This document shows, piece after piece, positions 8,506-17,663 of a stretch of 64,000 nucleotides of DNA. Numbering within the stretch: the stretch's first letter is position 1; every line of letters begins with the position of its first letter. The position numbers and the translations under genes were made by a program. Location: IMG/VR virus record IMGVR_UViG_3300045988_099631, positions 32,001-96,000 of that record; one strand, 5' to 3'. Origin of the DNA: a virus. The notes beneath the pieces were generated by a model. It was not told the origin of the DNA and ran no database searches. It saw only the letters and a program-made list of their open reading frames with translations.

Positions 8506-8653
8506 CTTTCGGTTTATAAACCCGACCGTCTTTGTATGCCTTATAGCCGGCTTTTATCATGCTGCGGATAGTATCATCCGACGGGATGCAGAATTCATAA
8601 TCCGTCTCCATCATGCCTTTCCCGTCCAACGCTCTTACGATTTCAAACTTCAT
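8456..8653 (-). CDS. hypothetical protein
   Basis: ORF 8456-8677 trimmed to MKFEIVRAL. Confidence 0.35.
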   Translation of the reverse strand: MKFEIVRALDGKGMMETDYEFCIPSDDTIRSMIKAGYKAYKDGRVYKPKDGGKNGTVRTNGKKGR

Positions 8654-8894
8654 GATCTTCCCTCGCCCAGCGGTCATCTATGATCTTCCGCATGGTCGTT
8701 TGCCGGTAATCTTCCCGGATAAACGCAGCTATCGGCGCTTCGTCTGGCATGGCCTCGATTTTTTCAACGCACTCATTGTGAATGTACGTTGCAAAGCCGT
8801 CGTACCAGATATCGTCATCCGGATAGATTTCCGCGCCGCACCATGCACACATACCGGTTGCCGAAGTCTGTTGCTTGTCTTCAAACGCCATCAT
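8643..8894 (-). CDS. hypothetical Cys/His-containing protein
   Basis: Contains CAWCGAEIYPDD...IHNEC. Paralogous in pattern to the next ORF. Confidence 0.4.
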   Translation of the reverse strand: MMAFEDKQQTSATGMCAWCGAEIYPDDDIWYDGFATYIHNECVEKIEAMPDEAPIAAFIREDYRQTTMRKIIDDRWAREDHEV

Positions 8895-9138
8895 TTTTCA
8901 CCGAATCCTTTTCCTGCAGCGGATTTATGAGCGTCATATTTTCACGCATTTCATTCCTGAGTTTTGTATATCCCGGCATATTTGGTGTCTGTTCCTCTGC
9001 GCAAACTTGGTGTATGCAATACCCGCGTATGAAATAGCTGCCATCGTCGAAATAGAACGCTTCTTCGTCCAGTATTTCTTCTCCGCACAGTTGGCAGTGT
9101 GTGCTAAAAGCCTTGTCACGATATTCTTTTAACATCAT
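8881..9138 (-). CDS. hypothetical Cys/His-containing protein (paralogue of 8643-8894)
   Basis: Contains CQLCGEEILDEE...YCIHQVC. Confidence 0.4.
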   Translation of the reverse strand: MMLKEYRDKAFSTHCQLCGEEILDEEAFYFDDGSYFIRGYCIHQVCAEEQTPNMPGYTKLRNEMRENMTLINPLQEKDSVKNDGV

Positions 9139-9685
9139 TCTCTCCTTCCAGATTTCCGGCGCTCCCCATGCGAATCGACTGCAAGAGGGCCTGTACTTCC
9201 TGCGGTAATTTTGTCTGTTCGCGTTCTCTCTGCTGAACCATTCTAAACGACCGTTGGATATTTGATGCTACAACGCTTTGCAGAGAATCAGTATCCAGCA
9301 ATGCCCACTCACTAAGCTGTTGTGGGCTGCCAACAATACGCTGAAGCGTAGGACTCAGTTTGCTGAATTCCTCTTGCGCTCCATATATACCATTCCGGCA
9401 CGCAGCAGATATTTTGGCCCACGCCTCCATTTCGGAAAGGTCATCATCCTGCATCAGTTTTCTCATTTGTTCCTTGATTGTTCCGATATTTGGTGGAAAC
9501 TCTCGGTTGCTTGCTACGATGATAGATTTCACTGCCGCTGCAACAAGCCTTGGGTCATCATCTGTGAACATTGAAGCCCACAAGTTGAGCGTATCGGTTA
9601 CATCTGAATCCGATACATTCCGGTAGAAGTTTGGATAGGCCGTTCGTAGCACAGCAAGGATTTTTCTTGTTTCGTCTCTTGTCAT
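9116..9685 (-). CDS. G39P-like replicative helicase loader
   Basis: The N-terminus (ETRKILAVLRTAYPNFYRNV...LWASMFTDDDPRLVAAAVKSII...FPPNIGTI) fits the SPP1 G39P family pattern. It directly follows the replisome organizer. Confidence 0.55.
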   Translation of the reverse strand: MTRDETRKILAVLRTAYPNFYRNVSDSDVTDTLNLWASMFTDDDPRLVAAAVKSIIVASNREFPPNIGTIKEQMRKLMQDDDLSEMEAWAKISAACRNGIYGAQEEFSKLSPTLQRIVGSPQQLSEWALLDTDSLQSVVASNIQRSFRMVQQREREQTKLPQEVQALLQSIRMGSAGNLEGENDVKRIS

Positions 9686-10575
9686 ATGTCCTCCCGTAAA
9701 AATGGATTGCTGCTGGACGCTTCGCGTGTGGATTGCGTTGCCGGTTGTGCTTTTCGGTCAAGCCATTCCCACACTATTCCTTGATAATTCGACGCCATGG
9801 TGCGTTCAATAACATCATTGACTGCCTGTGCTCCGTACTGGGCTACCTTCTTTTTCACCACCGTCATCAAAGACTGTAAGCCACGAGGGGTGTAGAATTC
9901 TTTGCGCTCGGTTTTGTATTCAAGCCAATTCTGCATTTGTACTTGAACCAGCGAAGGCAGCTTAGACATAGCCGCGCTGATCTCATCGGAAACTGGCTGC
10001 GTTTTTCCTCCCCTTTCCCCCGTACCCCCTTTTCCTTCTTTTTCTTTATTACTAGAAGTAGAACTAGAATTAGAAATAGAATTAGAAATAGAATAAGAGG
10101 GTAGATGTGCTGTAGATGTTCCTGTAGATTCTACATCTGACTTTGCATTATCGCTTGTATCTTCTGATTTCAGTTTCTTTGACAGCCGCCATTTTGCTTG
10201 GCTAATTCTTTTTTGTTCTCGGATTTTTGCCAGTTTATCTTCATTCTGATACATCATCCAATTCGACAGGAGGTATATATCGTCAATGATTTCAACCATG
10301 CCCTCATTGATGAAGAATTTCATACAGAGATCCAATTCTTCCGGTGTTCGATCAATCATGACCGCTATATCGCTGATTGACTGAAACGGAATTTCCCTTG
10401 AATTTATGAGGAATCCGGAGTGATTGCATTTGCCGGCGAAGTCCAGCAACTCAAACCACACAGCCGTCAGTTTATCGCGGAAGCTCTCGCCACCGATTTT
10501 GGCTTTTTTGATTTTCTTGAAGCTCTCACCGTCAAACATTCCGACTTTGAGCTTAATCCATTGAACGTTATCCAT
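9682..10575 (-). CDS. phage replisome organizer (SPP1 G38P-like)
   Basis: WIKLKVGMFDGESFKKIKK...KLTAVWFELLDFAGKCNHSGFL, which is the Phage_rep_org_N pattern. It has a low-complexity S/N/T linker and a C-terminal DnaD-like region. Confidence 0.75.
   Translation of the reverse strand: MDNVQWIKLKVGMFDGESFKKIKKAKIGGESFRDKLTAVWFELLDFAGKCNHSGFLINSREIPFQSISDIAVMIDRTPEELDLCMKFFINEGMVEIIDDIYLLSNWMMYQNEDKLAKIREQKRISQAKWRLSKKLKSEDTSDNAKSDVESTGTSTAHLPSYSISNSISNSSSTSSNKEKEGKGGTGERGGKTQPVSDEISAAMSKLPSLVQVQMQNWLEYKTERKEFYTPRGLQSLMTVVKKKVAQYGAQAVNDVIERTMASNYQGIVWEWLDRKAQPATQSTREASSSNPFLREDI
10022..10140. repeat. origin-like iteron block inside the replisome-organizer gene (copy A)
   Basis: Three GTAGAT boxes at 10101, 10112 and 10124, next to AGAAATAGAATTAGAAATAGAA and a pyrimidine tract. 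The 45-nt core 10091-10135 matches 35807-35851 at 42/45 by my alignment. Confidence 0.6.
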
Positions 10576-10771
10576 AGGTTCGAACTTCCGGCGCAACAAA
10601 TGTGGGCTTTGCCAACACCCAATATCCTTTTCTAGCTGCGATGTCCATGATGCCCCCAAGTTCTTCCTCAGTTAGCATTCCCAAGTCAATCATCGGCGCT
10701 TCTGGATCAGCAAAATTCCCCAAACTTTCATCGGCAAAAATTCTTGTTTCAAACTTCAAAGTCATTTGCAA
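10568..10771 (-). CDS. hypothetical protein
   Basis: 67-aa ORF between ssb and the organizer. Confidence 0.4.
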   Translation of the reverse strand: MQMTLKFETRIFADESLGNFADPEAPMIDLGMLTEEELGGIMDIAARKGYWVLAKPTFVAPEVRTYG

Positions 10772-10777
10772 CCTCCA

Positions 10778-11203
10778 TCAAAATGGCAGATCATCTGCAT
10801 TCTCATCCAGCATCGTGAATCCTTCCGGAACATCAGATGCCGGTGCCGGTACTGTATGGATTGGTTTCGACGTTCCGTCTGCCTGCTTGCTCCCACAGAA
10901 ATAGACTCGTTCAGCTACAATTTCTGCGTTGCGGCGCTTATTACCATCTTTGTCCGTCCAGTTACGGATTTGAAGCTTACCATCAACCACAGCCATGCTT
11001 CCTTTGTCAAGATACTTTCCGACAAACTCTGCCGTCTGATTCCATGCGTTCACATCGAGGAAGTCTGTTTCACGCTCTTGTCCTTGAGTTGCATAGTCGC
11101 GTTCAACAGCAAGCGTAAAACTTGCCACAGACTTTCCGCTCTGTGTCACACGCATTTCTGGCTTCTTTACGATTCTTCCTTGTACAGTGATTCTGTTTAA
11201 CAT
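10778..11203 (-). CDS. ssb: single-stranded DNA-binding protein
   Basis: MLNRITVQGRIVKKPEMRVTQSGKSVASFTLAV...VDGKLQIRNWTDKDGNKRRNAEIV, ending in DDLPF. RBS AGGAGAG. Confidence 0.85.
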   Translation of the reverse strand: MLNRITVQGRIVKKPEMRVTQSGKSVASFTLAVERDYATQGQERETDFLDVNAWNQTAEFVGKYLDKGSMAVVDGKLQIRNWTDKDGNKRRNAEIVAERVYFCGSKQADGTSKPIHTVPAPASDVPEGFTMLDENADDLPF

Positions 11204-11312
11204 TTTCCACTCTCCTATTTCATTTAGATGCGTGCGTCGCGCCCACAGACGCCACACACGCCGTTTGTACGTTCTTTGTGTGTATTTTCACATTCTGGCG
11301 TGAAAATGTCCT

Positions 11313-11522
11313 CTAAGCCGCTCCAAGCGCTTCAAGAACGGTAAGCGCGCAAAGCACAGTTCCCACAAGAACCGCACACACGCCAATCAGGATGTTTCCA
11401 AAGCGCTCCTTTGCTGTCTGCCCAAAGCGCGAAAGCTGAATGAATAGCGTACCACCTGCGATGCTTGCGATTGCGGAAAGTGCTGCAAACAGCAAGTACG
11501 TTTTTCCGTTCATCTGACGCAT
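11313..11522 (-). CDS. small membrane protein
   Basis: 69 aa with two hydrophobic helices. Confidence 0.4.
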   Translation of the reverse strand: MRQMNGKTYLLFAALSAIASIAGGTLFIQLSRFGQTAKERFGNILIGVCAVLVGTVLCALTVLEALGAA

Positions 11523-11719
11523 TTCATCCCCTTTCGGATAAGTTCACGCTGTCTTTTTGTGAATGACTTCGTTGGGGACAGCGACTTTCTGTCGTTTGCG
11601 CTCATTGCCTTGTACATGTTGTTTTCGTCTTGATAGGCCAAATATGCTTTGCACCATCCATGACATCCAATTTCGCGTTTTTCGCACCCTTTACACGGTG
11701 CTTGAATGACTGCGGCCAT
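11510..11719 (-). CDS. hypothetical Cys-rich protein
   Basis: Internal start MAAVIQAPCKGCEKREIGCHGWC with a GGAGGA RBS. The upstream part of the track ORF overlaps the hydrolase gene. Confidence 0.4.
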   Translation of the reverse strand: MAAVIQAPCKGCEKREIGCHGWCKAYLAYQDENNMYKAMSANDRKSLSPTKSFTKRQRELIRKGMKCVR

Positions 11720-11733
11720 ATTTCTACGTCCTC

Positions 11734-12405
11734 CTATCTGCAAAAGTATATCCCGTCCTGATATGCTACAATTTCTGTTCCTTGAATGTTCTCTGACTGA
11801 AACACCACGTCTTCTGGGAGTAGCCGTTCTCCAAGCAGCACACGTTCCGCGCATTTGTACGCCCGCTCTACTGCTTCTTTTTCGCTTGGGTTTGACGCAC
11901 GCTCGTCCCAAATGACGCCAGTCCAGTAGAACGTGTTGTATTGCCTTTTCTGGGTCAGCACCGCTTCCATTGTGTCTGGATACCATTCGCATCGCATCCG
12001 ATTGAGGATAACATTTCCGACCATGATGCGGGTTTCGTCGCTGCAGTCATTCCCGCCAGCCTCGGCGTAAATTGCCCGTGCAAGCAGTTCAAGACATTGC
12101 GGGTCATCTACAATAAATCCGCCGGCTCCGCCGATGCCGTCTTTTGTGTGGGGTGGGTTGCAGAATTGTGAATAGTCAGGTTCTGTTTCGGTATCAGGTT
12201 CCTGCTGTTCCTCTTGTGTCGGCGGTGCAGTGTCCTCTGGGTTTTCCAGATCATTCAGGTTTTCTTGTGCAGTAATAGGCATTTCAGTGTTAATTTTTGA
12301 TTCTGCTTTGTTGGCAAGCGCTTGCTCGATATCGCGCTGAAAAATCATCATTGTGATTGATGTGAGGACGAGGATCACGCAGACACAGAAAAGGAATTTT
12401 CTCAT
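11734..12405 (-). CDS. SleB-like cell-wall hydrolase with N-terminal TM helix
   Basis: LLARAIYAEAGGNDCSDETRIMVGNVILNRM...VLTQKRQY, which is the Hydrolase_2 pattern. Confidence 0.7.
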   Translation of the reverse strand: MRKFLFCVCVILVLTSITMMIFQRDIEQALANKAESKINTEMPITAQENLNDLENPEDTAPPTQEEQQEPDTETEPDYSQFCNPPHTKDGIGGAGGFIVDDPQCLELLARAIYAEAGGNDCSDETRIMVGNVILNRMRCEWYPDTMEAVLTQKRQYNTFYWTGVIWDERASNPSEKEAVERAYKCAERVLLGERLLPEDVVFQSENIQGTEIVAYQDGIYFCR

Positions 12406-12812
12406 GCTACCGGTCCTCCTTCTCTAGCTTCTGCATCAAGAAGCTTTTGCTTCGCTCTGTAATATTGGCTATTTTGAACGGACAGCCCCGGATGCGCTGC
12501 GTAGTACGCTCGTTTCTTGGCTTTGATTTCTTCCGCGTGTTCAGCGTAATAACGACGATTATATTCGCGTCTGTCCCGATTTCTTTCACGTTCCGCGCGG
12601 CGTTCATCAGCTTTTCCGTCGTACCATCCAATGTGTTTGTAGCTTGCTTTGTAGCAGCTTTGGCAGCAATAGTAAGTGACTGCTTCTTTCTTGCCATCTC
12701 GTTCGATCATTCTCAGAAACGGAGAACCCGCGCTTGTAACAACCATCTGTCCGCACGTCCCGCACGGGCGAAGCAATGTCAATCTTCGGTCAGTCTGTCT
12801 TCTTACACTCAT
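12402..12812 (-). CDS. hypothetical zinc-ribbon / basic coiled-coil protein
   Basis: Trimmed to MSVRRQ. Contains CGTCGQ...CCQSC and then an R/E/K-rich tail. Confidence 0.4.
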   Translation of the reverse strand: MSVRRQTDRRLTLLRPCGTCGQMVVTSAGSPFLRMIERDGKKEAVTYYCCQSCYKASYKHIGWYDGKADERRAERERNRDRREYNRRYYAEHAEEIKAKKRAYYAAHPGLSVQNSQYYRAKQKLLDAEAREGGPVA

Positions 12813-13278
12813 ACCGCTGTACCAACCGCTCAAGGTAGAACTGTGCTTTTTTGAGGTCTTCCACCGGCTTTCCCTTGAACGGATGCCGCCAGATGTACTT
12901 GACTGTCTGCCACGCCAATACCGCAGATACCGGGTCGGACCATCCTTCAACCATCGCGTTCAGAGCGTCGATACACTCAATAGAGCCTTGATTGTAATGC
13001 TGGGGATGATCTACGGCATTTTCGGCCGGTTTTTCGTCAGCATCCTGATTCATGAATGCGTTGACCTGCGCCATTGGCTTTTTAGCTGGTGCAGGGAGGA
13101 CCATTTCCTGATTCCAGCATTTCTCACAGAGTTCTGCACTTGCTGTATTTGCATTACACAGGTCAAGCGGGACAGGAAGAATATCTATATAGGCGTGTGG
13201 GCAATAACGTATTCCACCGTAGCAGCTTTTGTTTTCCGCGCCCGGTTCCATTTTCAGCACAAATTCTCTCTGTGTCAT
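12790..13278 (-). CDS. DUF3310-family protein
   Basis: HPQHYNQGSIECIDALNAMV...WQTVKYIWRHPFKGKPVEDLKKAQFYLERL. Confidence 0.65.
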   Translation of the reverse strand: MTQREFVLKMEPGAENKSCYGGIRYCPHAYIDILPVPLDLCNANTASAELCEKCWNQEMVLPAPAKKPMAQVNAFMNQDADEKPAENAVDHPQHYNQGSIECIDALNAMVEGWSDPVSAVLAWQTVKYIWRHPFKGKPVEDLKKAQFYLERLVQRYECKKTD

Positions 13279-13457
13279 TTCTTCACGACCTCCGTCCCGT
13301 AATATCTGCACCCGCAGTCAACTGCTCCGCTGAAGAACTGGCTTGCCGCGTTGAAACAGGTGAATTTATCCCATGAGTCACATCCCATGCAGGTTTTCCG
13401 GTCGATTTCCGGTTCCTCTCGCGCGGTTAATGGCGTTGTTCCTTTTCGTTCTGACAT
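13275..13457 (-). CDS. hypothetical Cys-rich protein
   Basis: 60-aa ORF with an ATGA-type overlap to the next gene. Confidence 0.35.
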   Translation of the reverse strand: MSERKGTTPLTAREEPEIDRKTCMGCDSWDKFTCFNAASQFFSGAVDCGCRYYGTEVVKK

Positions 13458-13588
13458 TTCTTATCGTCCTCTCGTTCAAAATATTTGCATCCACAGTTGA
13501 CGAAATCCGCACAATGGGGGCTGTCTCCGTTGCAGCATACCCAGTTAAACGGCTCCCACCACTTGCATCCTTTGCATGTATCGCTCAT
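13439..13588 (-). CDS. hypothetical Cys-rich protein (49 aa, below the track cutoff)
   Basis: Hand-found MSDTCKGCKWWEPFNWVCCNGDSPHCADFVNCGCKYF. ATGA overlap with the upstream gene. Confidence 0.35.
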
Positions 13589-13806
13589 TGTGTCTTATCC
13601 TTGACGAAGTAACGCTTGTATCGTGTTGGGTCTCCAAAACGGTCTGTGGCCGTTTCCCATATATCTTCAACCTCATAGCCGAATTTGTTTTTCAAGTCCC
13701 AAATGCGTGCTCCAAGTCGCGTGTTGCCCAGTTCTCTGGTTGCTTCCATCTGCGTGATGGAGCCGTGTTCCCTACAATACGCAACGATTCTTTCGCAATC
13801 TGTCAT
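13585..13806 (-). CDS. winged-helix DNA-binding protein
   Basis: Trimmed to MTDCERIVAYCREHGSITQMEATRELGNTRLGARIWDLK. RBS AAAGGAG. Confidence 0.5.
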   Translation of the reverse strand: MTDCERIVAYCREHGSITQMEATRELGNTRLGARIWDLKNKFGYEVEDIWETATDRFGDPTRYKRYFVKDKTQ

Positions 13807-13819
13807 GCTGATCTCCTTT

Positions 13820-14008
13820 CTAAGCGTCCGCCCAATTTCGGCAGAGCATTGCAAGCGAAACGTAGCTAATAGCTTCACTCCCAACCTCTACCCAAAACTT
13901 TCCGTACATGCTGACAATGCTGATTTCATAGACTTTCAAATGCTTTAGCCCATGGTATCCGGTCTTCCCCGTGTACCGCATCCGGACTTTGCTCGTTTTA
14001 TCGTTCAT
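13820..14008 (-). CDS. hypothetical protein, first gene after a 29-mer promoter element
   Basis: 62-aa ORF with a GGAGGGTG RBS. Confidence 0.4.
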   Translation of the reverse strand: MNDKTSKVRMRYTGKTGYHGLKHLKVYEISIVSMYGKFWVEVGSEAISYVSLAMLCRNWADA

Positions 14009-14029
14009 CGCTTCACCCTCCTATTCCTA

Positions 14030-14074
14030 ATTTTAGTCGTGGCTGCAAATGTTTTTTCCCATTCTTATGTCAAC
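14030..14074 (-). promoter_or_regulatory. class-A promoter: conserved 29-mer (14046-14074) plus TAAAAT 32 nt downstream of its TTGACA
   Basis: The minus strand reads GTTGACATAAGAATGGGAAAAAACATTTG. It is identical to the copies at 29941-29969 and 50305-50333. Confidence 0.55.
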
Positions 14075-14087
14075 CGTCAGGGGGGTA

Positions 14088-14116
14088 CAAAAAAAGAGGG
14101 TGTTTATCGCACCCTC
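14088..14116 (-). terminator. rho-independent terminator after the helicase-methylase gene
   Basis: GAGGGTG cgataaa CACCCTC followed by T7 on the minus strand. Confidence 0.65.
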
Positions 14117-14178
14117 AAACAACACTATGCTGTTATGAATTGAAATCAACCAGCGTGATTTGCAGCCTTATACTCAGT

Positions 14179-17100
14179 TCAGATTACATCGAACAGGCAC
14201 AGATTGTCGTTCTGCTGAGACTCGTCAAACTCCTTCAGGTAGCCGACCGCATCGCGGAAGTAGTCATTATTGAGTTCAATGGTGTAGCCATGTCTGCCGG
14301 CCTTGATGGCTTCCAGCGCAACCGTTCCAAGTCCACCAAACGGGTCAAGCACCAAATCCCCCGGATTACTGTACCGGTTGATAAGCCTGTCAACGATGTC
14401 CAGCTGGAGGGGACAATTTTTCACAACGCACCCTTCTGCTGTATAGCTGGCATCGTCAGCAACACGAATGCTCCACGTTTCAGCGGTTCCTGCATCATCC
14501 ACAGATTTCACGCGCTTCCATGCGCCATCGTCAAGAATGCTGCCGAAATGATGTGTGCCGTTCCTCCAGCTTAAAACCCATAGCTGTTTCTGATTGACTT
14601 CGCGGCCAGCAATGGTATGCTTCCCCGCACGTTTCCCTGCAAATACCGAGGGGATAACGCCCAACGCACGCTGCGCAACCATGGCCATTCCAAGCATCAA
14701 GGCTCTCGAAACGGAGCACGCCATCGTTGCATTTCCAGCCTTGCTGCCGTCTCCGGACAGGTATCCATCAAGAAGCGATTTTGCCAACTCTGGATTCAGG
14801 CAAATTCCCTCAATAGGAACTTGCTTGTTTTCTGCTCTACGTCCGCATTTACGCAGGATTCCTTTCATGTTTTCTGACATTGCGCTGGAACGCAATCTGT
14901 ATTGGATGGCATCTCGTACCGCGCAGGAGCCAAAATATCCTTGTGCCATTTCCTCAAACATAGCCGATTTGGCTTTTCCGACGCTGATAAACCAGTCTCC
15001 ATATGTCCCAACATGTCCATCTGCAAGGTAACGGCCAACAATCCACCATTCTTGAGCGGTTAGATTGCTATCCTCGCAGGCAGGAAGTTTCAGGTTGACC
15101 CATCCGCCAGCTGTATCTTTTGCCTCGGTCCATTCTGGTTCTGTCTTAGGCATATAGTCCTTGCTGCGGATGTAATTATTCTTTCTCGTCCAGAGTTTGT
15201 GATTGGGTGTGGTAATCAGATTTGCCACGCCTTGAGCCTTGGTCTGAACAACAGGGTTCACACCGGTGCAGCGCTTTGCGATAACCGGTTTCCAGTTTCC
15301 CGTATGGGTCAGTACCATATCTCCAATTGAAATATCTTCAATTGGCTTATATCCATCCCTGGTCAATACGAGGCTCCCCTTTGCCAAACAAACATGGTTC
15401 TCTTTTCTGCGCTGGCTCTGCGTTGTATTGAGCGTCCGCATTCGGTTGATATCGTCCCATACCTGATCTGTCCAGCTTCCGGGCGCAACTACCATGAACG
15501 TGGCTGGCAGATGCCCGTCCTTGTCAAGCTCTTTCGCCAGTTTTACATGCTCGTCATAGCTGTAAACGGAATCACGGCTGTATTTCCTATAAATTGCTTG
15601 CAACTTTCCCGTGTCGGTATGCAGCAGTTCGTCTTTCGTAATCAGCCGATTTCCGGAACTGCGCCAGAACCCGTGTGCGTCGATCTGCCATTGAGCGCGT
15701 GTGTATTCGTCCTTCGTCTTGGATACGCGCTCATCCGCATATGCTTTGGAGCGGTCGGTTGGAAGCTTCCGGAATAGCAAGATGTACTCCGGGCAGCCGA
15801 CGCCCATTTTTGTCCCGTCCTTGCACTGCTCAGACCATCCGAGCCGGTACGTCTGGTTGTTCTCTCGAACGACGTCCGTAACGACCGTAATCATGCCGAA
15901 ATATGCAAATCCATGCTCCATATAGTGCTTAATGCACATAGCATGAAATGGTTCCATCGTCGGCATACCAGTCCCTGTCGCATTGCCGAAAAGAACACGG
16001 TCTTTCACATGGCAGCAGAATACACGTCCTGGTTTCAGAATTCTTAGAAGGTTCGGCGTCAGATAGTCCATCTGCTCAAAGAACTTTTCCGTATCCTCGT
16101 TGTGTCCGAAATCGTTATAGCTCGGCGTATATTCGTAATGATTGGAAAACGGGATGGACGTAACGATCAGATCTGTGCTGTTGTCTGCCATTTTCGCCGT
16201 TTCCTCGCAGCAGTCGTTGTTGACCGCGATCCAGTTCTTTCCTCTGATCTCCATTCTCTCAACTCCTATGCTTCTGGCCATTTCCTGCTTCATGCGGTCG
16301 CCGGAAAGGCCGTATTTTTTTACGATTTCCCGCATCTGCTCCTGCATATAGTCATGCTGCTTCCATTTTTTCTGCAAAACGTCCCAAATCGGGATCTCTG
16401 CCTCCGTATAGATGATGTCCACAATGACCTTCTCCGTCTGCAAGAAGCGGTAGCAGCGGTGGATCGCCTGAATGAAGTCGTTGAATTCATAGTCAATCCC
16501 GACGAAGATCATTCTGTGGCAATGCCTCTGGAAATTGCAGCCCTGACCAGAAAGCTCTTTCTTCGTAGCGAAGATTCGGATTTTTCCGTCGGAGAAATCA
16601 ATGACGCGCCGTTCGCGCTCGTCATAGTCCATTGTTCCGTAGATCTCTACGGCCTCTGGTATCGCGCGGTGTATCTCATGTCGTTCCGCTTCGAGGTCAT
16701 GCCAGAGGATAAAGCTTGCCTCCGGATCGCTGTCAACGATCTCCTTCGCCATCTGTACGCGTGCAGTAATTGTCTCGCGCTTTTCCCGCGATGCCTCCTG
16801 AAGGTTCGTGGCAGAATCGTTCATCATCTTCACTTGACCATCCCGGTCCGTGATCTTTCCGAATTCGTCGTGAACAACATGCGTTCTAACTTCGAGTCCA
16901 GGAAGTTCATATCCCTCGTCAGAATATCCGAGGTCTGACGGTTTTCCAAGGAACAGCGCCCACGAGCTGACCCACAGCCAGAATTCTTCTTCACGGTGGG
17001 GATAAAGGGTCAGGTTGTTGGCCTTTGTGCTGTCCCGCTTGAAGAACCGTGTAAGGGCCTGTCCGGTGTCCATGACTTCGAGATATCCTGCATAGTGAAT

Positions 17101-17655
17101 GATCTCCTTATACCTGTTCGGAGCCGGTGTGGCCGTTGCGACCATCTTATATTTGACACCCTTGAACTTCTGAAGGAACGTCTGATAGGTCTTGCTTCCG
17201 AATGAGCGAAGTACCGATGCTTCGTCAAGGCTCGTCGCCGCGAAGTACGCCGGGTCGATATCCCCGTCCCGGACACGCTCATAGTTGGTAAGCATGATCT
17301 CCGCTCCGGCGTTCTCGCGTACCTCCTGCATCGTCCGTACATAAACCGGTTCTTCGTATCCCAGAATATTCACGGCGTCCCGTTTGAACTCCTGCCGCAC
17401 GCCGAGTGGCAGCACAATCAACGCTGGCCTTCCTTCATGTTTCGCGGCATGATGGCAGAACTCCAGTTCCTGTACAGTTTTACCTAATCCGAAACTCTCG
17501 AAGAGAGCTCTTCTGCCGCCGCGCAGCGCCCAACGTACCGCATCCCTCTGATGCGGCTTCAGCGCCAGATTGATATCTTCCTCTGGAACGGAAAAGCCGC
17601 TCACCGGAGCCGTCTCGATTTTTGATTTCAGAAATTCCAAGTATTTGCTGTTCAT
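14179..17655 (-). CDS. SNF2-type helicase / N6- or N4-DNA methyltransferase fusion, interrupted by an intein
   Basis: Helicase motifs GLGKT and SLDEAS. Methylase motif IV-like DLIVTSIPFS and motif I DPFGGLGT. 1158 aa including a 325-aa insertion. Confidence 0.8.
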   Translation of the reverse strand: MNSKYLEFLKSKIETAPVSGFSVPEEDINLALKPHQRDAVRWALRGGRRALFESFGLGKTVQELEFCHHAAKHEGRPALIVLPLGVRQEFKRDAVNILGYEEPVYVRTMQEVRENAGAEIMLTNYERVRDGDIDPAYFAATSLDEASVLRSFGSKTYQTFLQKFKGVKYKMVATATPAPNRYKEIIHYAGYLEVMDTGQALTRFFKRDSTKANNLTLYPHREEEFWLWVSSWALFLGKPSDLGYSDEGYELPGLEVRTHVVHDEFGKITDRDGQVKMMNDSATNLQEASREKRETITARVQMAKEIVDSDPEASFILWHDLEAERHEIHRAIPEAVEIYGTMDYDERERRVIDFSDGKIRIFATKKELSGQGCNFQRHCHRMIFVGIDYEFNDFIQAIHRCYRFLQTEKVIVDIIYTEAEIPIWDVLQKKWKQHDYMQEQMREIVKKYGLSGDRMKQEMARSIGVERMEIRGKNWIAVNNDCCEETAKMADNSTDLIVTSIPFSNHYEYTPSYNDFGHNEDTEKFFEQMDYLTPNLLRILKPGRVFCCHVKDRVLFGNATGTGMPTMEPFHAMCIKHYMEHGFAYFGMITVVTDVVRENNQTYRLGWSEQCKDGTKMGVGCPEYILLFRKLPTDRSKAYADERVSKTKDEYTRAQWQIDAHGFWRSSGNRLITKDELLHTDTGKLQAIYRKYSRDSVYSYDEHVKLAKELDKDGHLPATFMVVAPGSWTDQVWDDINRMRTLNTTQSQRRKENHVCLAKGSLVLTRDGYKPIEDISIGDMVLTHTGNWKPVIAKRCTGVNPVVQTKAQGVANLITTPNHKLWTRKNNYIRSKDYMPKTEPEWTEAKDTAGGWVNLKLPACEDSNLTAQEWWIVGRYLADGHVGTYGDWFISVGKAKSAMFEEMAQGYFGSCAVRDAIQYRLRSSAMSENMKGILRKCGRRAENKQVPIEGICLNPELAKSLLDGYLSGDGSKAGNATMACSVSRALMLGMAMVAQRALGVIPSVFAGKRAGKHTIAGREVNQKQLWVLSWRNGTHHFGSILDDGAWKRVKSVDDAGTAETWSIRVADDASYTAEGCVVKNCPLQLDIVDRLINRYSNPGDLVLDPFGGLGTVALEAIKAGRHGYTIELNNDYFRDAVGYLKEFDESQQNDNLCLFDVI
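14416..15390 (-). other. intein (325 aa) with LAGLIDADG homing-endonuclease domain
   Basis: Starts with CLAKGSLVLTRDG (block A). Also has TPNHKLWT (block B), WWIVGRYLADGHV and LLDGYLSGDGS (two LAGLIDADG motifs). Ends in GCVVKN followed by Cys+1. Removing it joins ENHV to CPLQLDIVDRLI just upstream of DPFGGLGT. Confidence 0.8.
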
Positions 17656-17663
17656 CTTATCTC

